Notes under the pieces: model-generated
The model's input: the letters and a program-made list of their open reading frames with translations, nothing else
What the model was told of the DNA's origin: nothing
Database searches by the model: none
Source of the DNA: Cercozoa sp. M6MM
Lineage: Eukaryota; Protista; Endomyxa: Ascetosporea
Reading direction: 5' to 3' (one strand)
Length of the DNA: 64,000 nucleotides
NCBI GenBank assembly: GCA_040357565.1
Contig: JBDODJ010000003.1
Shown: in pieces, positions 44,196 to 57,112 of the stretch
Numbering within the stretch: the first letter of the stretch is position 1
Layout: the number at the start of each line of letters is the position of its first letter
Made by a program: the position numbers and the translations under genes

Positions 44196-46858
44196 ATATA
44201 TATATATATATATCGAGTTTCCAGTTGAATATTTTTCATTGATCCTAACTGGTTCTTCAGGTCGAGTACACAGAGCAACCGTTCTGCTTTGCGTCGTGCG
44301 AGTACTTGTTCAGCCCTCAAGGCAACTGTCCTGCACTGGGACCAATCCTGGGTGCCAACACTGGCACGCCGCCTCGGTGCCTTCTACTTTTCCTGAACCG
44401 ATTAACTATTGATCATTGTGAACATGGAAATAAACAGGTGCGACACAATGAACCGTCACGTTGGTCTTGCCCCGTGGGCCACCGAGGAATACCACCTGGC
44501 ACAGGAGCACTACTTGTTTGTATGCTTCTGTCTTCAGTTGTTCTGCTAGTGTCAGTATATTCTTCGTGTGTAGGCCATGTCGTACCCCGAAAATCCTGTT
44601 GATTTCGACGGCAACCCCGTCAATATGACAGATCAGGTGAGTGTGTTGTTGTCTGCGTGAAATGAATGGTGTAGTATGATCACTGGCGCGTGTGCAGTAC
44701 TGCCGACGTCACGTGCTGCCTGACGGCGAGGTGCTCCCATCGGCTGGTAATCCCAAGTGCGAGGAGCGTTTCCCCGAGGTTGCAGCACGTGCTGCCAACA
44801 AAACGCTCATCGAGATCGACTTCCGCAACGTTGGAAGCCACCTCAGTCTGACCAAGCCGCACTTGATCAAGAATGCGTAAGCTATATACAGTATATATTA
44901 TGTATGTAATAGTGTGTATCACAATGTATACCTCTACCTGCAGTCCGGCAGTGTCGGTGCCGTGTCGTAGCTTCCGCTCGGACCTGGAGGAGCTCGTACT
45001 AGGCTCGCTGTTCTGCGCACCGCGCTACGAGCCGTCGCTTGGCAAGAACCAGCGCGTCGATGACATGCGGTGCGAAATCACCTGTCCGGTGCCTGTGTAC
45101 ACTGAGGGCGACACCGAGACTCTCGAGCGACTCACCTATGCTGTAAGTTTTCCCTTTTTACTGTGTATGAATTGAGTGGTATCCCTTGTGTACATAGGTG
45201 GGCGGTATCGGCATCCCGTGTGGTATCGGCATTCTTCTGAGCATCTTGCTGCAGCCGCAGCGCCGTCGTTGGCCGTCGCGTATCGCCGCGCACTTTGCCG
45301 TAATGCCTCTTTGCTGACTACCTAGTGTCTGGGAAGGAGTGGACCTGGGTTGGATGCACAGGTGGCGATGCTGGCATGGTCATTGGCACACCTGCTGTCA
45401 CCGTCGCCTTGTACGGACGGTGAGATCACCACGGGAGGTAACGACGCCATGTGCGGCGTGCAGACCTGGCTTCTCGTGTTTGGCAGCGTGTCGATGGCCG
45501 TGACTTGGGCGGCCTTTGCGACCTCGCTGGCCATCATGATGACCGATAGTGCGCATTGGTTCACGTCGGCTGCCACCGGCTCGCGCAACAAGAAGATGCT
45601 GCAGACCGTGGCCTGGCTGGTCGCGTTGGTATGTGCCACGGTGCCGGTGGCGCAAGGCAAGTCGCGCATGAACCCAGGCAACACGATGTGCACGATCGAC
45701 ACGAGCGAAGGCGTCGGCTCTGCCGTCGGGTGGCTCGTGGTGCCGCAGCTCGTGAGTCTGGGAGCCACGGCCGTCGCTAGTGTCGTCGCTGTCGTCACGG
45801 TGTGTCGCCACGCACGCAGCACTCTGATGCAGACCTCACACGCCGGATCCTCGGCCTCGCCCGAGCCGAGTGTCAGTGCCTCCTACGCCTCCTCCGCCGG
45901 ACAGACCCTGAACCATGTCGACGGCTCTGCCACACTGGGTGACAGCAGCGTTGTCACCGGTGAGGATGAGGCCGGTGCCACCAGTGTCACCAACGCCGGC
46001 AGCAACAACAAGACCGACGCCACCGTGGTGTCGCAGCAGGCACGTGCCGAACGCAAGCGTCGCGCTCGTGCTGCACGTCGGCCTGTCATCACGATGCTGC
46101 GCTTCGCCTTCTTCGTGCCGGTCTACCTGGCCATGGTGTCGCTTACGACCTCGGTGGAACTCACGCGCATGAACGCGCAGGAGTCGCTCGAGGAGTCGCT
46201 CGTGGCAGCCGACCCATGTATCCGCGAGATCTACAAGTGCTACGACACTTCGGACCAGTCGTGCTACCGTATGTCTCTGTACTCTCTTTGGGTACACTGT
46301 GTATGTGTATGTCTGTGTTGCATAGAGGGTCAGTACAACTACATCAAGAGCTACATCTCGCACCAGGTGGACGCCGACCCGGCTGGCATGTGCGGTCTGC
46401 CTGCCTCCGGTGCCAGCGAGCAGGAACTGGCCGACTGCACGATGCGACTCGAGATTGCCGCCGTGGAGGCGTGTGTGCACAAGGAGGCCGAGGAGGAGTT
46501 TGACTTTGCCGGCGAGGTGGCGCAGCGCGTCATGGGCCTCATCGTGGCGCTCTTCGCTTTGACTATCTTCACGGCGCCAGTGCGACTGCTGGCCAAGTGT
46601 GTAGGTCAGTTGCGTGTCACCACGCGCACCAGTACCACTTCGTCCGACAAGCATAAGCCTGACACGCACATCACTGACACCCGTGCCGCGTCCAGTTCGC
46701 ACACCTGGACTCAGAGCACCCAGTCGGTACAACTCTTCACGTGTCTGTATCTTTACTTTGATGTCTACTTTGATGTTGACATGTGTCTTTAGACCAACAC
46801 GGGCGAGGAGACGCTTGTTGAACCGGTCCGTGCAGCTGCCACTATCGAGCTGCATTAG
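43197..46858 (+). CDS. Frizzled/Smoothened-like (class F) 7TM receptor with N-terminal Cys-rich domain
   Basis: Signal peptide; CRD-like SCFSAALDEFCSFLFPR|C...PFCFASC; CEITCPVPVYT linker; RRRWPSR after TM1; MCGVQTWLLVFG...TW (TM3); VAWLVA (TM4); WLVVPQL (TM5); TMLRFAFF (TM6). Confidence 0.8.
43322..43422 (+). ncRNA. Candidate structured RNA hairpin in first intron of the Frizzled-like gene
   Basis: 19-bp uninterrupted stem (43322-43340 with 43404-43422) including two G-U pairs, plus inner stem ACGAGGA/TTCTCGT. Function unknown. Confidence 0.4.
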
Positions 46859-47315
46859 AGGCAGTCGGCGCGCATGCTCAATATGTACATCAACAACAAC
46901 AAACACCGACCGCGACCTGCCTGCCGTTCTGGCGTCTCTTCTTTGTAACTTCTCCCACCCGTCCTGTCCCGTCATAGCCGTCATCTCTGCTTCACGTGCC
47001 GTGCTTTTGTCTGGTCGCGCTTCTCGCCTTCTTGTGACCACACTGTTGTCGTCCAAGTTTGATCGACCAGACTGACCTTCGCTGCACCATGCCCAATAAT
47101 ACGTTTCCTTGTTTTGTAAACTACCGTTACACCCACGTGGTATCGTCTTCCCGTTCCGGCTTTCCCGTCCGAGTCAGTTGACGGAGTGCTTGCTCGCTGA
47201 TCTGTGACCAACCGGGGCAGGTCGGACCTTGTGAATTCGGTTTGCAACACGCACCGTGCAGTGCACGCGTGTGTTAACTTACGCTAGCACACAGTGGATC
47301 CCTCAACACGTGCAC

Positions 47316-48942
47316 ATGAGCTTCTTTGCAGGCGTGCGCCAATTTGTTGGCGATGTATTGTTGCTTTTCTTGTTCTTTCTTGGAACACACAAGCAAAACA
47401 GTATTCTCCAACCACCTACCGCTACGCAGACCACACTATTCGAGAAGATGTGCTGTGCATGGTACAGGTGATCGAGGAGATGCGCGAGATGGACGAGCGC
47501 GAGCGTGTTCACGTGGAGCCGTCCAAGCACGAGGCAGACGGGTCGGAGCACGTGCCAAGTGACGCCACGGGTCGGTTACGCAAGCCGCAGTCGTCAGTGT
47601 CGGACGGTGTGCGCAACGATCGCAGCGATCGCAGTGCGGCGTCGGAGATGTCGCTGTCGCTTCCGCGCATCGCGACGCCATCGGTATCACGGTCGGGGTC
47701 GCCGTCGCAAGAGTCGCAACCGTCGCCCAGTGAGCGATCAGAACGGTCGTTGAGATCAGAGCGATCAATGACATCAGCGGCACGTGTTGACACCGTTGTG
47801 ACGGTACAAGCATCGCACGCGTCGCCTGTAGCCTTGGACAACGCCCCAATCGAAAGCGCCGCAATCGAAAGCACGGCGAAGGAACCGCCAGTGACTACTG
47901 CTGAGGCTTCCAACGAGGCACAGTTAATCGCGGTAAAACCGTCACCCCCTGTGGCACAATCGCCAGTCTCACCGTCGTCCAAGGATGGCGAGATCCTTCG
48001 CTTGCAGACCGAGTTGCGAGCCGCCAGGCAGCACTGTACCCTTCTTACTCTTTACCCCTCCCCCTATCACCACTACCATTCCCCTTTTGTTCCTCCAGGT
48101 GGTGACCTTGAAGCACTCCAAAAAGCACAACAAATACAACTGCAACACGCGCAGAAACAGGCCGATCGGTGGCAGCAGGTACTATATGTGTGTGTTGCGA
48201 CTTGTGTTTATTGCTCTCTTTCTAGTATTTTGCTTGCAACACAGGCAGCGCAGCGATTGCAGTTGCTGGTGCAGCAGCAGACACCTCCTGCAGTCGACAC
48301 CAGCACGACCAAGGAGAAGGAGCAGAAAAGCGACAACACCACCGCTACCGATGCGAAAGCTCATGACGAAGCAGACCAACGAAGCGAACTGGAGGATCGC
48401 GTGGCAACACTGCTGGAAGAAAACGAACAGTTGCGCCGAAAACTGCGTCAGAAGCGGTGATTACAGTTTTCATCTTTTACGGCTTTGCCTCATCCTGTTG
48501 CTTGTGCCATAAACAGAGGGCAGTTTGGCGACGAGTTGGTCGACAGACGCATCGTGACGCAGCTGTTGAAGACCTTCCTGAATCCACGCTTCGACGACAA
48601 GCAAGTCGTCACTCTGATCGGGCGTGTGCTAGCTTGGACCACCGAGGAGACACAAGAGATTGTGCAAGCGATTGGCGAGAAGGAAGCTGGCGAACGTCGA
48701 CAGGGCCAATCTTTTGTCGCTCGCTTGTTCTTCCAAGAGCCACACGAGGCACCTGTGGTAAACCTGCCGTTACAACACCTTTGTCCTGCCCGCAATGCTT
48801 CGTCAGATGGTACGTGTTCTGTGTGCTCTAGCCCGCTGACGTGAACGAACTGGTTGAGTCGTTTGACGAGTTTCTTCGCAAGGAGCTCGACCCAGATGCG
48901 TCCACTACGACGGTGGGCCAGGAGTCGGAACCAGCTCAATGA
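47316..48942 (+). CDS. GRAB-domain golgin (GMAP-210/Rud3/GC3-4-like)
   Basis: Amphipathic N-terminus MSFFAGVRQFVGD, coiled coils, ELVDRRIVTQLLKTFL...KQVVTLIGRVLAWTTEE (GRAB), LVESFDEFLRKEL (GA1-like). Confidence 0.75.
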
Positions 48943-49122
48943 ATCAATGCCCTCTCTTGATCATACATATGTGCGCTTGGCTAGTATAGTAGCATCGACG
49001 CGATGGCTAGATATCGAAAAATTAAATACGTGCCAGTACAGTAGCGCGCGGACACTTATCGAAGTAAACGAAAGGAATCGAATCGATACTCGACTATGCA
49101 AACGAAACCGAACAGCAAAAAT

Positions 49123-51048
49123 CTAGACCCGGATGGACTTCGTCTTCTTGTTGCCGGACTTATTGCTCGTGTTGGCCTTAGCCTGGGCGAGACGCGCCTT
49201 TGCCGCTACCAAACAAAAGGCATGGGTATAGACTACTAAGACTAAGGGTAACTCAGAAGGGAAACTGTACCCTTGAGCTTGAGAGCAGCCTGCGGTGTGT
49301 CAAAGCCGCCGGACTTCTTGGCACGTCGCAGCAGCACCTTGGTTCGTTCCTGGGGAGAAACGGTACGGGAAGAATGAAAGGTGACAGGAAAAGAAGGGAT
49401 AGGTGGAGTAGACTAGGTAGGTAGGGTAAGGATACCCTCTTCTCGGCCTCCTCAAGTTCACGTCGCTGCGAAGGTCGCAAGCGTCGCGACAAGATGTCCT
49501 CACCAGCATCCTGGAAGTCGTGCAGGTGCGGGTTTTCGCTGTAGTTGCCTTCGTCGTCGGCACCACTGACACTGGGAACAAAGCCGGGACGCGGGGCGTG
49601 TGTGCCACCCACAGCCATGGCGGTGCGCGGGTTGAGACCGCTGAGACCGGCCGCCCGCAGCACGTCGTCGTCCACAGTGTGTCCGTCCAGCATGTGCGCA
49701 CGCGTGCTGTCGCGCAGCCACGCGCGGAACTCGTCGGTAGTCTCAAAGTACTGGCCCACCACCGTGTCGATGATGAGCTTCAGCTCGCCTGATCGCGTCA
49801 GTGCGTCGTCGCTCTGCTCGCCCACCGAGTCCTTCGCTTCCTGTGAGAGGGCAGAGGGGCAGTAGTCAAGTACAATAAGGTAAAACGGTAGCAAGTGCAA
49901 TAAGAGTAAAACAAACCTGCTCCACGAGACGTGTGGCCTTGAGGTAGCACTGCACGAACTGGAACAAATCGTTCATCTCGAGTGCCACGGCGCCCTGCGT
50001 CGCCAGGGTCTCGCACACGTTACGATGACCCCAACCAAAAGCCTTCTCAGTTTGCGTCACCGCCTATAAGTTAGAGGTAGCTGGAGGATGGAAGGAAGAG
50101 TGGGCTGGGTTGCAAACCTGCTTGAAGCGCTCCGCAGCATGCTCCAGATTGCCGGAACGGTAGGCACTCGCCGCCGCATCGAACAGACAGCGCGACAGCT
50201 GGGCAATTAAGAAGGTGAAGGAGAGGGCAGATGGAGTCAATAGAAACTACCTGGGGCACGTGAGCAGGCGCGTTGTGCGGCTCAATAAGTCGACGTTCCT
50301 ATCAATAAGGTATAGGTAAAAGAAACACATTAAAACAGAGACAGACAAGATACATGGTGCTCCTTCAGTTCGCGTTGCAGTCGACTCAGTCGTTCCTCGT
50401 GTGCTAATAGAGAAAGAAAGTAAGAATGAAGGACTCAGAGAAGGAAGGCCAGCAGTGGGGTACTTTCGGTATCGTGTTCAACCAGAGGAACGACGTCTTC
50501 TTCCTGAAACTTCACACCGAGTTCGTGCTCGTACACATCGAGTGCCTGCACACTTAACAGACAGCGTTTCTCCCTCGAAAAATCAAACAAACAAGGGGCT
50601 AACAGTCGGACCTCGTCGAACATGAGACGCGCCATGGTGAAGTTGTCCAGCGTGGCGTAGGCCTTGCCCATCTGCGCGAGACCACCGGCCAGCTGCGCCG
50701 TCAGATGCGTGTCGTTTCTCTCGCGCTTCGCCTGACGCAGCATCGCAATCTTTGGCGACAGTGAGTCGATGTTCTGTTTGGCGGCCGCCTTCATCGTCTC
50801 GCTCGGCTCGGGCAGCTCGTAGATCTTGCGCACCTCGGTGCGAGGCGTCGGCGTTGTCGGCATCTTCACCTCGTGCAACGGCTCAGCGCCTGCCTCCGCC
50901 GCAAAGAAACGCCGCGAGAGCATCTACAGCATCCTTTCAGCTCATGTCAAATTCACCTTCTTTCTGCGTTTGAAGGGCGAGTTCTTACCGTTGGCGAGGC
51001 AACCCGCGAGCTGCGCATTCGCACAGAGCGCATCAAAGCTCGCTGCAT
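49123..51048 (-). CDS. Putative mitochondrial TPR-like protein
   Basis: Arg-rich presequence MQRALMRSVRMRSSRVASPT|MLSRRFFAA; TPR-like LAQMGKAYATLDNFTMARLMFDE|ALDVYE; basic C-tail. Confidence 0.55.
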
Positions 51049-51343
51049 GCGAAAAAATGTCATTTCTCGGAACTAAAACAGTGCTGGCACAGTCTAGCAC
51101 CAATTGGTGAGCTCGACGCAGCCAGATTGAGGGCACTGTGTGCGTGCCCTTAACTGCCTTGTAGCCGCCGCCAAACGTGCTTGTTCTCCCGCCATTCTCG
51201 GTTTCCTCAACGACACGCTCTCATTTTGCTACGGCTTGGTTAGACCATTCTGGGCAAGCGTTGTGCGTTGCTTTTTGGCCCGAAGAAACATTGGTGCACA
51301 TCCCGCGACATTTTTAATTTTGGCTGAACGGTTAAAAAGAAGG

Positions 51344-52904
51344 ATGGCAGCGGCGACAGGCGAGACAGCCGAGCAGGTGGTGCAAGAGCACTTCGAGGAA
51401 GAAGATGATGATGAGGAGGAGGAGCAGGAATTCACCGTACTTTTACTCCACCACAATTTAACTCCACACACAAGCTCACGACACCACAATTTAACTCCAC
51501 CTTTTCACACTGTGTTTTGTTCAGAGTTTGGACAAACTCGTCGGCAAGGGTGGACTAACCGAAAAGGACAAGCAGCGTCTTATTGATGCAGGCTACTGCA
51601 CAGTGGAAAGCATTGTCTACAGCACGAAGAACATGATGTGCAACCAAGTCAAAGGCATGACGGAAGTAAAGGCAGAAAAACTTCGTCGTGCCGGTGAAGA
51701 GCTTGTGCAAATGGTTTGTTAGCTCTGCTTTTCTCGTGTCTGCTCGAATCTGGTGTCTTGCAGGGCTTTCAATCTGCCGCTGAGTTCTTCCAACAACGAC
51801 AACAGATTGTGCGGATCAGCACTGGCTGTAAGGCCTTTGACACGATTCTTGACGGTGGTGTCGAGACTGGTACCATTTATCTTCGCCACTCTGTCGGAAC
51901 GTGCTTACGCATCTTTTTGCAGGTGCCATCACAGAAATGTTTGGCGAAGCACGCATGGGCAAGACCCAAGTGTGTCACACGCTGTGCGTGACAGTCCAGT
52001 TGCCTCTCGATCGTGGTGGTGCCGAGGGCCGTGCCATGTATGCTTTTTTCTTGCTTCATTTTGGTTGTTGTTGATAACATTTTTGTCGTACAGGTACATC
52101 GACACCGAGAACACGTTCAGACCAGAGCGAATCGCGAAGATCGCGGAGCGTTTTTCGCTGGCCGCAGCTGACGTCCTCAACAACATGTACCCTTTCGTCC
52201 TTTCGACCTGTGATTGTTGAATGCCATGTTTTCTATGTGTGCGCTTAGTGCCGTGGCTCGGTGTTACAACTCTGACCACCAGATGAACCTGCTTGTCCAA
52301 GCAAGCAACATGATGCGCGAGAACCGCTACGCGCTCCTCATTGTCGACAGTATCATGGCCAAGTACCGTACGGATTACACTGGCCGAGGGCAACTCGCCG
52401 AGCGACAACAACACCTTGGCCTCTTCCTTCGTGGATTGCAGAGGTACGCGTGTCTTACGTTTTGGTGTTTTTGGTATCCCTTGCATGCTTACATGTGTAT
52501 TCTACTTGCCCAGATTGGCCGAGACGTATGGGTGTGCTGTCGTTATCACGAACCAAGTCGTCTCGAATGTCGACGGCATGTCTGCTCAGTTCAACCCTGT
52601 CAAGCCCGTCGGTGGCAACATTGTGGCTGTACTTTTGGCGCTTTTCCTTTCACAGACTTTCGTTGCCGTATCTTACTTTCAACCCCATGTAGCACATGTC
52701 TACCACGCGACTGTCCATGATGAAGGGCAGAGGACCCGGTGTGCGCAAAGTACGACTCACTTTTGTCTACATGTTGATTATCCGAGTGCAAACTAATTTT
52801 TACTGTTGTTGCAGGTGAAGATTTACGACTCGCCGTGTCTGCCGGAAGCGGACGCTCTGTTCTCGATCACCGACGGCGGCGTCGATGACGTTGAGGATGT
52901 TTGA
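51344..52904 (+). CDS. RAD51: RAD51/DMC1 family recombinase (divergent RAD51)
   Basis: N-terminal HhH domain, GFQSA (FxxA), [69 protein letters not shown]. Confidence 0.9.
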
Positions 52905-52926
52905 AGACGCCTTTGAGCGAGTCAAC

Positions 52927-52977
52927 ACATACTACGTATCGATATCGATATCGATATCGATATCGTATCGTATCGTA
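52927..52977. repeat. Palindromic (TATCGA)n/(TATCG)n tract downstream of RAD51
   Basis: TATCGATATCGATATCGATATCGATATCGTATCGTATCG. Confidence 0.9.
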
Positions 52978-53326
52978 TGAATCACGACGGAAAACCTCGG
53001 CCTCCGCGCGCTTAAACCAAACGAAAGTCATTGAGTTTAATTATCGTACTTGTTTGAGCTCGCCAAGTCTTCTGTCAACGCCTGCGCCCAAGGTTGTCCA
53101 TATCCCGGTAGAGGACGATTGTGTCGCATGGAGAGGTAGATGCCTGACCGGACTCCCGCGCCTCCGCTTCGGCCTAGACTCTTGTGTCGAAATAGACTGA
53201 ACTAACTAACTATCGTCGTACTTGTTTACGTTAACTAAACAAAGTTTCGTTCGACCGGGCGCAATTTACGGTTCCACCCCCGGCCGATACGACATAGAAC
53301 CGCGTGGAAGGCTCCGCTCGCGTCGA

Positions 53327-56300
53327 GTTCAAGGCACAACCCTTCGGCGCTTGCCACGTGGGTCCCTGCCGTTCGAAGCATCGGAGTAGGTGCTGGCGGT
53401 GTCTATATTCTCAAGGCCACAGGCATTGGAGACGGCGTCGGCGACGAGCTTGGCGCTTTCGCTCAAAAATCCGGGCGACTTCTCCGTGAAACGTCGACCT
53501 CGTCGTCGCTGTAGTCACAACGCGTAACACACACACCACTTGTTCTGACGGATGCCATACGAGTGCAAGAATTACCCGGTTGCCAAGCGGCGAGAACACT
53601 GCTTGTTGCGTGATGTCGGCCACCTTTCGTTCCGGTCGTTCAGCAACACGGAGTGCGTCGAGCCAGCGTCCTTGTTGCAAGAAGAGACGATCTGGCGAGG
53701 TTTCCACAGGAAGCATGCTACTCAAGACAGGAAACTGGCGTGCAAGCTTCTTGGCAAGCTCAAGTTCATCGTGCTCGATAATTTCAGTCATGAACCACTT
53801 GATTTCTTCCGCGCTGAAGCAAGAAACCACCTTGAGTCAACCACAGAGAAAAAGACAAAACAGCAAAGAGTACGATATTTGCATGTCGAGGAGAGTGTGT
53901 AGTGCGTAGTCAAAGCGTCGGTGTCGGCACCAGGCTTTTGCAACAAGGAGTTGCTGCGAGTCGGTCGCACTGACCTGCAGCTGCAGCTGCCGGGCGCGTT
54001 CCAACGCCTCCGGACTGCCGACGTCGAGCAGAAAGAGCACACATGTCATCTGCACCGACTCGGGCAGCAGCGACTCGAGGAACTGCACTGTCGGTGCCGA
54101 CGGCAGCGTCGACAGCGGCACGAACTGTGAGTCCACATGCAGAGCAACGTAGTACAGGGTCTGCCTCAGTGCTGTGCTGTCGCGACAGGAGGCAATCAGA
54201 ACAGCAAGGCCACCCTACTAATCATACACATATACAGATGGCAGTTGACACATGTATGGTGTTTTGTCATTACAGAAAGCGCCTCTGGATAACAGGCATC
54301 GGCCGACAGACCGAGTTGCCGCATCAATGAGTCCGCGAACGGAGCCTTTTGTGCCCGTCTCGGGACTGCGAACACGGGCGTTTCGTGCACTTTCGACAGG
54401 CAGAAGAGTGTCATCTACATGGATGGCAGGGGTGCATGTGTTTGAAAAGTGGAGGAGAGGGGAGTCAAAACACACCTGCAGCGGCACAACCGCAGCAGAA
54501 GCCTGCGATTTCAGTTGCGTTATTTTGTCGCGAAGTTCTTGCGACAGAGGACGACTCAGCAGAGCCGTACTCATGCGCACGTGTTGTCGGTGTCTATTGG
54601 TACCAAGTCAACCGCGTATCCAATCACGCGTGTGACAGGTTGGTACTAAACATCGCCTTGGTACCGATGTATGCACTGTAGGACTGTCATGTGCAAGTCG
54701 CTCACGTCGTCGGAGACTCCGCTGGGATTGTTCTCGTGTTGCGACAGTGTGGCAAGGAGTTCGTTGATGTGAGGCATGCAGGCGGCACGTGCTTGAAGCC
54801 ACTGCGAGGCCAGAGCGATGTGCGACACACTGTACCGCTTGTCACCACTTGGCTCGTGCTCTTCGACGTGTGCCAGCGCTCTGTAGTCACACCACGTACC
54901 CATACATAAAACATATGTCTGTGTAGATACATTATTATGTATGTGTGTATATGTGGTTGTACTTGGAAACAGCAGCGGCGTCGGAGAAGGCGTTAGCGCA
55001 GTAGTTAAGCAGCTTCCACTGCAGGCGCTGCTTGGGCGGCAGATCCGACGCAGCCGGCGGCGACGGCAGCACCGACTCGCTGTGCAGTCGGAAAACTGTG
55101 CCGAGTGCTGCCGTCAGTTTCGAGTCCAGTCGACGCCACACCGTGCCAAACCGTCTCCGCCAGAAGGCTGCATTTTACGTCCATATGCGACAATGATACG
55201 TCTCATGATACCCTTTCTCTATTGAATCAAGTATGTACACTTGGCAGCAGGCGAAAATGCGAGGTACTTGCGAGTCATCAAGGCACCAAATTGCGTCAGT
55301 GCACACACAGAGACCTGCATCACGAGGTTCAAGGAAAGGAGGGAAGAGAAGGGTACGCATAGTCAGTCAAGTACCGAAGCATCGTGCGGGTTCTCGACTG
55401 AGGACAGGAGCGTAGCTTTGGCACTGCATACGGCGCGAGTCTCGGTCGGTAGTGCAACTACGGCATCATCGACGAGAGTGACGTCGTCGGTCGTGGAGTG
55501 CAGCAGACGAGGAGATACGGGCGTGGCGGCATTGATGTCCATGCTGCCGGTGACGTCGAGGTCGGTGGCACGGGAGGTGTGTTGTGCCACCTGTCGCAGC
55601 AGCAGCAGTCGGTCGCACCGCTGTGTCACGACGGCAACGCCCGTGTCGGTAACGACGGGACAGTGCTCACTAGACAGACGCATCTCCGTGTCGCTCGTGA
55701 TGCACAGTGTTGCCTGCACGATACGACAGTCTCGTGCCTTGCCGCTCTTGTCAAACCCGTTCGGCAACAAGCATGCCACCTCCGACGGTGATATGCACCT
55801 ACACACATCAAGTAACTGGTACCTTCCACTCATGTAGAAGACATAGATGATACCACACGGAACGAGAGTGCACGGCGAGGTGACACACCGGCACAGCAAC
55901 ACGATCGGTAAGACACTGCGCCTGGTAGACACTGCCCTGGAAGAGACGCGACAGCAACACCTCGCCTGATGTTGTGACGGACACTAAGACGGCCTCGTTG
56001 GGCGACAGGGCCATAGCAGCAAACGCGGCAATCTCCTGTGGGTTCTGAGATTCAAAGAGTTCGACATCGTCCGACGCTCGCTTCAGCGGCAGTGCGAACA
56101 CACTGCCGCGCCGTGTCATGGCCAGCACGTGCCCACTCGCAAAAGAAAGCATGGCAGCTCCGTCGCACTGTGTTTGCAGTACGTCACTCAGGCCACGATT
56201 GATGTCCAGCACACTCAGCTGCACAGGTACACTTCTGTCTGCACACAAAGAGAGTTTGATCTACCTGTCCATTGCGCTGCAGCACTGCGAGAAGTGAGTC

Positions 56301-56699
56301 GCTGTTGGAACGGCACAACACGGCATCTGTCACTGGCGAATCGAGCTGTCGTTGTAGCCTTCCGTTTCGAGAGACCACGTGAACTTTCGTTCCTGCATCA
56401 GACCTGTCACTCAAACAAGAACATAAGCACACACAGTGTCCTCAAACAAGAACATACAAACAGACACAGCAGCCATGCCGAGCATCCACGATACGTTCGG
56501 CGCAGAAAAACCCTCCGCCACGACGTGGTACGCGTTCCTCGAAGAAAGAGCTACGCGGCGACGAGATCACTGCACATTCAATGGACAAAGGTGGTGAGGA
56601 GGCCGCAGGGTTATTTTATTGGCAGAAGATGGCACCAGCCTCTTTTAACTGGCGCAACTGCGCTATCTCCCTGTGGATCTGTGCCCGCAGGTCCTGCAT
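53327..56699 (-). CDS. ELYS/AHCTF1-like nucleoporin (beta-propeller plus ELYS helical domain)
   Basis: Beta-rich N-terminal half; then FADSLMRQLG...CYPE...RQTLYYVALH...LPESVQMTCVLFLLD...AKAWCRHRRFD...FLQQGRWLDAL, colinear with ELYS-domain motifs as I recall them. Ends approximate. Confidence 0.55.
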
Positions 56700-57112
56700 C
56701 GCGGGTACGACACCAGACGGAGGCTGTTCGGCGTTGCACGCCCAAAAAAGCTTTTCGCTTGTTTTTTCCTGTCTTTTTAAGGGTGCGTCGTATGACCGAA
56801 TTTGGCACTAGTCGCTGCTCCAGAAAGGTGCTAACGATTGCTAAATTGCTTTGGGTGTGACCAGAAGTGATAGAACCACGGAAGAACGAAGTTGGCTCTG
56901 ACACGAAAGCACATTCCCAATCACACACGACACACACGAGTGTTTTTCTTGGCTTTGCTTCTTGTTTTCGCCCGGACGCTACCGTGACAGGACACAGTGA
57001 GTGAACGGTACACGCACGCGTCGCGAGGCCTTTTGGCTAGGCAGGCACAGGCACAGGAACAATAACACCGAGAACACCGAGAGGAGGAGGGAGCGAGGAG
57101 AGAGTTGCAGCG

